This document shows positions 1-11,400 of a stretch of 50,412 nucleotides of DNA, piece after piece. Position numbers and translations under genes: made by a program. Where the stretch lies: assembly GCF_006345805.1 (NCBI RefSeq), contig NW_021835343.1, forward strand, positions 1-50,412, read 5' to 3'. The stretch is from Octopus sinensis (lineage: Eukaryota). The first letter of the stretch is position 1. Each line of letters begins with the position of its first letter. The notes beneath the pieces were generated by a model, which worked only from the letters and a program-made list of their open reading frames with translations, did no database searches and was not told the DNA's origin.

Positions 1-17
1 AATTATATATTTTATAT

Positions 18-57
<40 letters not shown>

Positions 58-559
58 GAGAAAGAGAGAGGAGAGAGAGGTGAGAGAGAGAGAAGAGAAG
101 AGATGCTGAACGATTTGAAAGTTGTGCTAGATACACTTTCTTATACATACATAGAAAAAGAATGTCTCTTAAATATATACATATATACACCCATATACAT
201 ACACACACGCACATACATGTATATACACATATATACAAACATATATATACATATTCATACACACACATATATATATATGTGTATACATATACATACACAC
301 ATGCATATACATATACATATATGTATATATATACATATTATATATATACACATATATACAAACATATATATACATATTAATACACGCACATACACACATA
401 TATATGTGTATACATATACATACACACATGCATATACATATACATATATGCACATATATACACATATATATACATATATATATATATGTATATATATTTA
501 CATATATATATATATATACATACTCACTCTGATTTTCAAATCTGTCTGTTCATATTCAT

Positions 560-715
560 AGCTGATGCCACAGCGATGCCAAATGCAGTCTACAGCCTTC
601 GATGTCTTCAATCAATCTAACCGTTTGGCTCCAATATTAGCTCATTACGTCACGGCTCTGACTGTCCCGGAGTTGGATGAGGGCTGGATGTGGAGGCGGG
701 GTGCAATGCATGTTT
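560..715 (-). pseudogene. Decayed CTLD fragment (N-terminal half)
   Basis: Manual minus-strand translation YWSQTVRLIEDIEGCRLHLASL resembles the CTLD W..A...C....HLASI motif; in-frame stop upstream. Confidence 0.5.
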
Positions 716-1012
716 GCCTACTTTATCAATAATGTTTGGGGTAGGGAGCGAGGTGACATTAACAATCGCCTTCCCCTTATATTATCCCACCTCGTGCCCT
801 AAACGAGGAGTGAGGGTTTTGTTATTTAGCTCAATATTTTTTTACATTATGTCTTTTTATGGTTTTTTTGTCATATTTTTATATTTCTCACTTCTGTTTC
901 TTCTTCACGTTTGTCACACCTTTTTCTTTCTTCTCTTGTCTTTCCTTAAATATAATGATAATAATTTTCATAATAATGATTTCCATAATAGTTTTCATAA
1001 TAATAACAATCC

Positions 1013-1745
1013 TTTCTACTAAAGGCACAAGGTCTAAGATTTTCGGAGGATCGAACCCAGTATTTATTGATCTCAAAAGGATGAAAGGTAAAATCGACCT
1101 CGGTGAAATTCGAACTCCTGAACGTAAGACGAGATTTTGGGGGCAGGGTTATGTTCGTTACATAGACCCCCAGTGTTTCACTGGTACTTAATTTATCGAC
1201 CCCGAAAGGATGAAAGACAAATTCGAAGAGGTGGCATTTGAATTCAGTATATAAAGACGGACGAAATACCACTTAGCATTTTGTCCGGCATGCTAACGAT
1301 TTTGCTAACTCATCGCCTTAATAATAATAGTAACATTAACAATCATAATGGTTTTAAATTTTGCCATAAGAGCAGCAATTTTTGGGGAAGGAGATGCATC
1401 GATTACATCGGCTCCAGTGTTCACTTGGTACTTACTTCATCGACCTAAAAGGATGAAGGGTAAGTCGACATCGGTGGAATTTTAACTCAGAACGCAACAA
1501 CGAGAGAAATACATATTTCTTTACTACCCACAAGGGGCTAAACACAGAGAGGACAAACAAGGACAGACAAACGGATTAAGTCGATTATATCGACCCCAGT
1601 ACGTAACTGGTACTTATTTAATCGACCCAGAGAGGATGAAGGGCAAAGTCGACCACGGCGGAATTTGAACTCAGAACGCAGCGGCCGACGAAATACCGCT
1701 AAGCATTTCGCCCGGCGTGCTAACGATTCTGCCAGCTCACCGCCT

Positions 1746-1746
<1 letters not shown>
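1013..1746 (-). mobile_element. Tandem cluster of about 4 SINE family A units (tRNA-like head, CCTTTCATCCTTTCGGGGTCGATAAA core)
   Basis: Repeated rc core aaggatgaaagg.aaagtcgacc at about 1077, 1206, 1450 and 1633; most complete unit 1513-1746, head rc aggcggtgagctggcagaatcgttagcacgccgggcg. Confidence 0.9.
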
Positions 1747-1785
<39 letters not shown>

Positions 1786-1799
1786 AATAATAATGATAA

Positions 1800-1840
<41 letters not shown>

Positions 1841-1920
1841 ATAATAATAATAATAATAATAATAATAAGAAGAATAAGAGAAGAAGAAGAAGAAGAAGAA
1901 GAAGAAGAAGAAGAAGAAGG
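1746..1920. repeat. Compound microsatellite (GAT)n(AAT)n(ACT)n(AAT)n(AGA)n
   Basis: Seen directly. Confidence 0.97.
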
Positions 1921-3300
1921 AATTCAACCGGGTGACAAACTCCTGCGCGACCACTCTCCAAGAATGTTACAACTGTCATTAAAAGCTTTTCGTAGAAGTC
2001 TACTCTCCAAGCGCAGAGGTCATCAACGTAAGCGCAAAAGCCTATCATCTCAAGCCCAGCTCTACTCCCATAAATTCGAACAAAAAAGCTGCTAGAAAAC
2101 TGCACTCATGTGTCTGAAATTAAATATCCTGCGCCCATCGAGGCCCATGAACAATTCCACCATGGACTTGTTTCCGCATCGCAATCAACGAATAGCTTCG
2201 ATTCTTTTGTGTCTAACAGCATATGCTATAACTTTGTCAACACAAGTTGCATTTGACGTCGAGGACAAAAAAGAAAGAATGAAATGAACCAAGGTTCATT
2301 TTTGCTACTAGTACGTTAGTTTCGAAGCTCTTTACAACAATGTTTTACTCTTCTGAACAGGTACCCCAGTAATTTGTTGTTGTCTATTATTGATATATAT
2401 ATATAGTATATTTATCTTTTATATTCTACAATTATTTCTCCAAAAGCTCAATTCAGAAAATCCCAACTCCAGAAGACCAAGCCTCCTAATCCGAGCTTAC
2501 AACAATATCTGCGGCTTTAGCTACCGTTAGCCGGTTCATCTCTATGCATCCTGTTTATTCTATTCAGATTTAGTGCATATCATAAATTCCTGAACTTTGT
2601 GGCCCAGTGGTTGAAATTCTAGACACCCTATGCTATTCTTATCCGCTGATATCCACCTTCCAGATGCGATCTACCTTTTTTTTTCGGGGGGTCTTTTTTG
2701 CCTCTTTCACTAACCAGATACTTTGCCATTTTTGTTTCTGTTCATTTTCTCATTGTTTTCATTTTCTCTTCTTCATTGCGAGACGTTGGGATTGTAATGC
2801 CGGGAGAAATCCCCACAGCTTTGTATTGTTTGCTTCTTGGTTATCAATTTTTGAGAAACTGATGACGAGAAAAGTCCTCTGACCATAGTGGTGTCTACAG
2901 CCTATGATGTTAGCGACAGTACAGTTACAGCAGGAACCTTCGCTTCTCATGTTCTTCTAGAAAGGCTGTAGATAGAGCGAAGTAACGTATGTATAGCAGC
3001 TACACCTTCTGTGATGCTATAATACTCACACTGCATTTCTTCCAGTCATGATGTGTAAATCACTAGTATGGTTCTATGATTTTTTCCACTCATATTATTG
3101 AGCCACATCCGACTAAAAGCTGTTTTTTGGTTACCCTGGAACTCACAACCTATTCCTGCTGCGCCGGTCAGGTGAGGGCGAGTAAACCTGCTTGCTAACA
3201 TTTTTTACTGTAATCTTCGTATATTGTCAACTACAGCAGTATTGAGGAACGTGTGTGACACAAAGCTTTCCTCTTCGTAATGCCCAAAGATTTAAATCTT
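1921..3300 (-). pseudogene. Decayed CTLD fragments (about 2-3 domains)
   Basis: Track ORF 2759-2950 gives SKIDNQEAN..KLWGFL (like L.KI.N.EEN...WIGL). Manual reading of 1930-2200 gives FCSN..GSR.A and W.EWS..S with frameshifts. Confidence 0.45.
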
Positions 3301-3577
3301 AGGTGACATAGAAGTACATACATATGTTTGGTGATGCAGAGGTACATGTATAAGCTTAACTTTTATCTATTAGTTGAATAAAAGTACCCAGAAAAGAACG
3401 TAATTTCAAATATTTTTCCTGTAAATATATCTTCGGTTAAGTAACGCACACACACAATTGCTTGCTGGTATCAATAAGAAAAGTTGAGACTAATATATTT
3501 TCGAATGTTTTAATTATTTGACTACGTAAATGTTTTCGTGTTTGTTAGGTTGTTTAACATATTGTAACTAGTATCTA

Positions 3578-4143
3578 TTGAGTCGTCCGGAAAGTTCGTA
3601 CCGATATATAGCAGCTTACCTTTCGACTTATTTTAGAATATGGTTGAGTCCATAAAATAGGATTTGACTACAGTTCAATTTAGAGCACAGTTTAAGCTAT
3701 CTTTTCGTGGAAGAAGATTCATGTTCCTATAACCTGTGTTAATTCTGTAACCCTTTGAAATGGAAGATAAGAAATTTCATTTTCGGCACTTCATGCTTTG
3801 TGAACCAGACAAAAATTACTGCAGCTCGGCTGGGATGTGTTACCCCACTCTCCATATTCACCAGATATTGCTCCTTCGGATTTCCATTTATTCAGGTCTC
3901 TGCAGAATAGTCTTCATGGTAAAAATTTCAATTCCTTGGATGACGTAAAAAGATACCTTGATGAATACTTTGCTATGAAAACCCATCAATTGTGGGAAGA
4001 GGGTATTTTCAAGTTAAAGGAAAGATAGAAACGCATTGTGCAACAAAATGGTCCATATTTGGTTGATTAAAAATGTAACGGCAAGTATTTATTGACCTTT
4101 TTCTTTCCTTTAAAAATTGGCACGAACTATCTGGACAACCCAA
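3578..4143 (+). mobile_element. Internally deleted mariner (Tc1/mariner) DNA transposon
   Basis: About 28-bp TIRs (ttgagtcgtccggaaagttcgtaccga / tggcacgaactatctggacaacccaa) flanked by TA. Transposase N-terminus MEDKKFHFRHFML is fused to the C-terminus PHSPYSPDIAPSDFHLFRSLQNSL (YSPDLAPxD motif). Confidence 0.95.
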
Positions 4144-4249
4144 TACATTATTAATAGTGTTTTCGTTAAAACAAATCGTTATTTTCTTCTCTTTGTTGAA
4201 TTTTTACGCTTTGCTGCGTCATTAAATTTGTCTTTTGTTCTGTGCAGTT

Positions 4250-4640
4250 ATTTTTAATTAGATTGGCTTTTCAAGTGCCATGTCCTCTCTGGTTAGTTGT
4301 AGCCATACTATCGAAAAAATTTCATGTATAAAATGTTTGAAATCGACCAACCTATATTCTTTGTCTCTTATCATTTGAGCGATATCCTCAAGTTTTCCAA
4401 AGGAGATGTCTGAAAAAATATCGATCAAGAAATTACTTTTCCGTTAGTGCCAAGTCATATTTTCCACGCCGAATGACAAAAGGAAGGACTACTGAGACAG
4501 AAGGATAAAGAGAAGAGAGGTAAGTCAGTGATGGACCCATTACTTGCTTTTAATACTCTGGGAACTATCAACTGGTCTCATAGCAGATGAAGTACATGAT
4601 TTTCTGGAAAAGGAAAATTCATGCCAGAGGAACAAAAAAG
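4250..4640 (-). pseudogene. Decayed CTLD (N-terminal to middle)
   Basis: Manual minus-strand motifs in CTLD order: WHEFSFSRKSC (about 4625-4595), NMTWH* (about 4460), GKLEDI, IVWLQLTRE (about 4310). Confidence 0.55.
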
Positions 4641-4674
4641 ATGTAGGAAGAAATCAAGGGGAACTGTTGATGTG

Positions 4675-4675
4675 C

Positions 4676-4708
<33 letters not shown>

Positions 4709-4715
4709 GATAGAT

Positions 4716-4746
<31 letters not shown>

Positions 4747-4747
4747 T

Positions 4748-4781
<34 letters not shown>

Positions 4782-4835
4782 AGATAGATAGATAGATAGA
4801 TATATATATAATATATATATATAGATAGATTATAT

Positions 4836-4878
<43 letters not shown>

Positions 4879-4946
4879 TATTATTATATAGTATATATAT
4901 ATATATATAGATAGATAGATAGATAGATAGATATATATATATATAT

Positions 4947-4985
<39 letters not shown>

Positions 4986-5000
4986 TATAGATAGATAGTA
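4675..5000. repeat. (TA)n/(GATA)n microsatellite
   Basis: Seen directly. Confidence 0.95.
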
Positions 5001-5441
5001 AACTATTAAGTGAGGCACATGTAAGGAATAAGAATTTAGCTGTTGGATAGATAGATTACAGGAAGGTTTACGACAACATCCTTTACAGCTGGCTCCTGGA
5101 GGGGTCTTAGGAAGCCTGATATTAATAAGAAGATATACAACTTTCTGGAGAAAGCAATGAATGTGTGGTAAGTAGAAATGACATGTGCAAATAAATCACT
5201 AGGCAACGTGAAAATGTGCAGGTATATATATATATAATATATATATTATATATATATATATAGGGAGAGATTACGAAAAAAAACAAAAGACGAAGACAGG
5301 TGGGGTACAAAAAAACAGATGTATTAGTATAACGCTCAGGAATAGTAAAGTCTTTTACGTTTCGAGATCCTACGCACTTGTACAAAAAAGAGACACAGAA
5401 AAAACAAGGAGAGAAAAATGTGTGTATTGGGCTAACGATCT

Positions 5442-5472
<31 letters not shown>

Positions 5473-5574
5473 CTATATATGAGACACACGTAGAAGACTC
5501 ATTGATACAAACAGTAATGATACTGGAATGTAGAGTCTGCAGGAAACGAAAATATAAATCCCTTTTTTTAGTTC

Positions 5575-6010
5575 AGTGTACAAGCACACAAGGAATGTAA
5601 ACGCAAACATTACTGAGTAGGCAACAGTGCAATGGGATGTTGGCCGAATATTTAACTACGAAGCTGTACCTGAGGCTGTGATAGAAAATGTGAATTACAA
5701 GAACTTGTGGGGTTTCCTCATAAAGACTAAGTATGTTATTAAAGCATGAAAACCGGATGTGATCAAAGAGAACTAAATAAACAATGTAAGATCATTGGTT
5801 TTGCAATATCCTATGATAGCAGAATCGATACCTGAGAAATTGAAATATCTAAAAAAAATATCAGGATCTAGCCAGAGACCTGAAGGAGACTGTGAAAGAC
5901 CAAAACAATAAATATTCCTAAAGTAATTGGTGCACTTAGTTCAACACCCAGAATGCTACCTAAAAGATTGTGAGAGATTGTAATTCAAACATGCATTGTC
6001 ACTTTGAAGT
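5575..6010 (+). mobile_element. R4/Dong-clade non-LTR retrotransposon remnant (restriction-like endonuclease domain)
   Basis: Degenerate translation PEAVIENVNYKNLWGF..KPDVI..IIGFA.SYDSRI..KYQDLARDLK..VIGAL matches the R4-type PD-(D/E)xK C-terminal domain. Confidence 0.8.
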
Positions 6011-6243
6011 GAAACCAGTTCTTTCTCCTCCATTCTTCTTTTCTCTTGACTGATATCTAGGAACGGATAGATCACCTCTCAGCTAAATGCTTTAGGAATC
6101 TTGCAGTCAGGCGTTCAACGTTTGCTATTACTGTTGTTATTGTTGTTATTTTTGTTGTTATCATTACATTATTATTATTAATATTATTATCATTATTATT
6201 ATTATTGTTACTATTATTTTTTTTCTTCTTCTTTCAAATTTGC

Positions 6244-6379
6244 TTCCATTTCTTGCCGAGTGTCTTCCCGACTCCTAGGGTAAAGAATCTCATAGTATAC
6301 ATTGGTAAGCCATTAAACTAATGTATACTATGAGTTTCTTTGCCCTAGGAGTCGTGAAGACACGCGGCAAGAAATGGAA
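6244..6379. mobile_element. Palindromic hairpin element (MITE-like) inside an ATT/AAT microsatellite
   Basis: 60-bp arms at 6244-6303 and 6320-6379 with 4 mismatches and a 16-nt loop. Confidence 0.85.
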
Positions 6380-6483
6380 AACAACAACAACAACAGCAGC
6401 AGCAACAACAACAATAACAATAATGGGGATAATAATAATAATAATGATAATAATAATGATAATAATAATAATATTAATAACAA

Positions 6484-6548
<65 letters not shown>

Positions 6549-7059
6549 TATTATTGTTATTATTATTAATATCATTATTATTTATCTTTCTTCTTGATAT
6601 TGATTTCAAATTTTGGCAAAAGGTCAGCAGTGATCAAATGGTACTTAACTTATCGACCCCGAGACAATGAAATACGAAGTCGACCTCAGCAGAATTTTAA
6701 CTCAGGACGTTAAGAGATATGTATTTTAAGCACCTGAAATCTGTCAGTTGTATATCTGACAGATCATCCTAGAACGAACAATACACATGAAAGTCATTTT
6801 CTGGTAATCGCTTTTCCTTCTATAATTCACCTGTTATTGTTTGTATTGTTTTATGCCCTCGAAAGCATTTCTGGAGATTCGGGTTTGAAGACATCAACGA
6901 AAAGACTCTTCATTAAACTATTTTAATTTTGTTATAAGTAGATATCAAAACTTTGTTTTTCATAAATAACAATTGCTCATTTAATAATGAAGGTTTATTT
7001 TTAAAATCTGACTTTTAATTACAGTAATAATGTTTCCTTAGATAGCGACTAAGGATTGT

Positions 7060-7200
7060 AATGATACTGTATTTTAATAACATGAAAATTTTTCCATGGT
7101 ATCTATGTTACAAAGAAAGCTGTACATATTTGAGTCTAAAGAGTGTCGTTACGCCAATATTATTAACACACGCACAGGTTCGATTTCACTCCTTTATTAT
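7060..7200 (-). pseudogene. Decayed CTLD C-terminal fragment
   Basis: Manual reading YWRNDTL*..ICTAFFVT*IPWKNF(S)C resembles NW..GEP...C.A....W.D..C. Confidence 0.4.
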
Positions 7201-7364
7201 TACGAAACTGGTTAAATATCCCTGTAACTATTCGATTTTATTTTATCTTAAAAGAATATCCGTGGTAACAAAGATATTAGAATCTATCTATAAGTTATCT
7301 GATTATTCGAAGGATGTTAAATCACAATTGCTAGACATCGTCATCAACTTAACAACAACAACGA

Positions 7365-7400
<36 letters not shown>

Positions 7401-7447
7401 CAACAATAATAATGGTGATAATAATAATAATAATGATAATAATAATG

Positions 7448-7511
<64 letters not shown>

Positions 7512-7514
7512 AAT

Positions 7515-7749
7515 AATGATTTCAAATTTTTCCACAAAGGCAGCAATTTGGGGTGGGGAAGAGATGAGTCGATTACATGACCCCAGTGTTCAACTGGTAC
7601 TTATTTTATCGACCCCTAAAGGATGAAAGGTGAAGTCTACCACGGCGGAATTTGATCTCAGAACGTAGTGACGAGTGAAATACTGCTAAGCACTTCGCCC
7701 GGCGTGCTAACGATTCTGCGAGTTCACATGCTTTCAGTAATAATAGCAA

Positions 7750-7799
<50 letters not shown>

Positions 7800-8408
7800 G
7801 TTTCAAATTTTGCCACATGAACAGCAATTTTGGGGGAAGGGATGAGTTGATTACTTCGACCCCAGTGTTCAACTGGTACGTATTTTATAGACCCCGAAAT
7901 GATGAAAGGAAGACAGTTTAACTCGGCGTCATTTGAACTCAGAAACACAAGATGGACGAAATACCTATTTCTTTACTACCCACAAGGGGCTAAACACAGA
8001 GAGGACAAACAAGGTCAGACAAACGGATTAAGTCGATTATATCGATCCCAGTGCGTAACTGGTACTTAATTTATTGACCCTGAAAGGATGAAAGGCGAAG
8101 TCGACCTCGGCGGAATTTGAACTCAGAACGTATCGGCAGACGAAATACCGTTAAGCATTTCGCCCGACATGCTAACGATTGTTCCTGCTCACTGCTTTAA
8201 TAATAATGGTTTCAAATTTTAGGACAATGCCTGCAATTTCTGGGCAGGAGATTAGTCGATTATATCGATCCTTGTGCGTAAATCGTACTTATTTCTGCAA
8301 TTCTCAAATGATGAAAGGCAAAGTGAACCTCAGCGAAATTCGAGGGCAGAACGTAAAGACGAATGAAATATTGCTAAGCATGTTGCCAGGCATGATAATG
8401 ATTCTGAA
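7515..8408 (-). mobile_element. Tandem cluster of 4 SINE family A units separated by (AAT)n
   Basis: Units at about 7515-7737, 7797-7965, 7966-8196 and 8208-8408, all in the same orientation with the same core. Confidence 0.9.
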
Positions 8409-8430
8409 AATAATATTAAGAGGGAAAAAT

Positions 8431-8612
8431 AGGGCGGTGAGGTGGTACAATTGATAGAACGCCGAGCACAATGCGTTGCGGCAATAAGTCTCTCTTTACG
8501 TCCTGAGATAAAATTCTTCTGAGGCCGACTTTGCATTTCATCGTCTCGGGGGTCGATAAGTTAAGTACCAGTTGAGCACTGCAGGTCTTTTGCCAAAATT
8601 TGAAATCAATAT
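8431..8612 (+). mobile_element. SINE family A copy (diverged); inverted paralog at about 6598-6720
   Basis: Core gactttgcatttcatcgtctcgggggtcgataagttaagtaccag. Confidence 0.8.
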
Positions 8613-9001
8613 CAAGAAGAAAGATAAATAATAATGATATTAATAATAATAATAATATAATGATTACAACAACAACAACAAGAATAATAACAGTAGTAGC
8701 AAAGGTTGAACACATGCTTGCAAGATTCCTAAGGCATTTAGATGAGATTAATAAGATTCGCTGGCATCAAATCTCTAGACAAAATCCCTAATAATGATGA
8801 AGTAAAACAACAAGAAGTAGTAATAGAAGAAGAAAAAGAAGGAGAAAAAGAAGAAAGATGAAGTGATCCACAACAACAGCAAACAGCACAACCACCAGAA
8901 CAACACCAACAACAATAATTATAATATTTGTAAACATACCTCTTCCTTCTGAGTTCAAATACGTCCGGGTTACGCTTCAATATTGATCGATCCAGCGCCG
9001 A

Positions 9002-9217
9002 TCAATAAATACATTCAGTCATTATTATGGTGAGGTGCGAAGAAATATTTGGCCTTTCAGCTGTCTTACAAAGGTACTGTGTTAATGTAATACAAATTAT
9101 TAATATCATAGATGCTGTTTGATGGTGGTAAAATATAGATGAACATAAATTGTCGATTAGAGATTCAATCGAATACATCAAGTTATTGATGACGAAGTGT
9201 GCAATATTTCTCTGCAA
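9002..9217 (-). pseudogene. CTLD C-terminal half (open for 71 aa)
   Basis: Track ORF DNLCSSIFYHHQTASMILIICITLTQYLCKT contains the canonical terminal C-x7-C with YLCK. Confidence 0.55.
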
Positions 9218-9399
9218 TATATATATATATATATAAAGAAATAAATATAAATATATAATATATATATATATATACTATATATATAGAATATTTATATATA
9301 TATATATAATGTCCTATTTTATTGACTTCTAAACAAAAAATGAAACTATTAATGTTGTTTGTTTTCCAAGGATGAGGAGATCAAGATGATAAAAATAAC

Positions 9400-9478
9400 G
9401 ATGAGGATGATGATGATGAGGAGGAGGAGGAGGATGATGATGATGATTATATGGTGATGACAATTATTATGATGAAGA

Positions 9479-9512
<34 letters not shown>

Positions 9513-9876
9513 GGCGCTGGTGCTGGTGGTGGTGCTGGTGCAGGTGATATTGATGATGATGATGATGATGATGAGTTTGGGCGGCACCGACTTTCGTGGC
9601 GATGATGTTCGAAGTGATGAAGATGATGACGATGATTATAATGTTTCTAATGGTATTAACGGCATCGACTGAGATGATGACGAAGCTGATGGTACCAGAG
9701 ACGACGGCGACGACGACGACGATGACAGCGACGACAATAACAGCGGCAGCAATGACGACTGAGACGACGACGACGACGACGACGACGACGAAGACGACGA
9801 CGACGACGATGATGATGATGATGATGATGATGATGATAACGACGACGACGATGATGATGATGTTGACGACGACGAC

Positions 9877-9920
<44 letters not shown>

Positions 9921-9991
9921 CGATGATGATGATGATGACGACGACGACGATGATGATGATGATGATGATGACGATGATGATGACGACGATG

Positions 9992-10022
<31 letters not shown>

Positions 10023-10104
10023 CGTTGACGACGACGACGATGATGATGTTGACGACGACGACGATGATGATGATGATGATGATGATGATGACGATGATGA
10101 TGAC

Positions 10105-10153
<49 letters not shown>

Positions 10154-10156
10154 TGA
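9400..10156. repeat. Long (GAT)n/(GAC)n trinucleotide array
   Basis: Seen directly; source of the poly-M/T ORFs. Confidence 0.97.
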
Positions 10157-10169
10157 TGATAGTGAATTT

Positions 10170-10603
10170 GTCAGGATTTTAGTGGTTCTTATGTCTCTCG
10201 ATGTAAATTATTCGATTTCAAGTCAGTTCTGTTCGAAGCAGACCTAAAAAAAGATCAACGTGGCTCCAAGACGCTCTTAACTATATGGATATATAACAAG
10301 ATCTATATACATATTGCCATGTTTAAGATCGCAGAAAGCGTTCCCATGGCTATATAACTTGTATTTCTAAGAAGCAGACCAAGAGATTTGACATGTATAT
10401 CTTATAACTGTTTTATATACATACACTGCAATAATTCTGCGCTCATCTGCGCTGTATGTATGTATGCTTGTATGTATGTATATAATATATAGATATATAT
10501 ATGTATATATATATATATATATACATATACATGTATAATATATGTATGTATGTATGTATGTATATTAGATATATATAGTTATATACATTCGTGCTCTTAT
10601 ATT

Positions 10604-10660
<57 letters not shown>

Positions 10661-10815
10661 TGTGTGTGTGTGTGTGTGTGTATACATGCTACGAAAAACA
10701 TACGCAGTCCTGGTCTCTGTGCAGCTGACCATGGTGTGATTCTGCTACACGAAGCCATATAACAGAAATAATAACAACAAAAGTGGTCATAAAACGAGTG
10801 ACGTTTTGGCAATAC
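10170..10815 (-). pseudogene. Decayed CTLD fragments split by a TA/TG microsatellite
   Basis: Track ORF 10597-10812 gives SFYDHFCCYYF..ITPWSAAQR. Manual reading gives GNAFCDLKHGNM (about 10350-10315) and FLGLLRTELT* (about 10250-10215). Confidence 0.65.
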
Positions 10816-11108
10816 CTTTGTTATAAGGCGTAGAGGCTATAGCTGTAAAATCTAACACCGAAGCGCTCTTTTTTTTTTTTTTCGCATTGAATAGATTGTA
10901 TCAATAAATAGCTAAAGAAATATATAAGAGAGAGAAGAGAGAGAGGGGGGAGAGAGAGAGATGAAAGAATATAAACACAACCAAGAACGTCTTCAATTAA
11001 TTTTAGACGCCATGTTTATATTCACACCTCATATAAAAATGTGAAGAAATAAAAAAAACAATCGGAAAGCATTCATAAGAAGAACAAAAAACAAATCAAA
11101 GTGTCACA

Positions 11109-11400
<292 letters not shown>

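Noticed and set aside
1930-2105. AYVDDL as a reverse transcriptase YADD motif
   Set aside because: No upstream QG..LSP motif, and the surrounding sequence fits CTLD motifs better in other frames.
2450-3250. RTE-like endonuclease remnant on the minus strand
   Set aside because: Only vague similarity; KIDNQEAN..LWGFL favours a CTLD origin.
9596-10156. Poly-Asp or poly-Met/Thr protein (Aspein-like)
   Set aside because: Pure GAT/GAC microsatellite with a stop in the Asp frame and no signal peptide or splice support.
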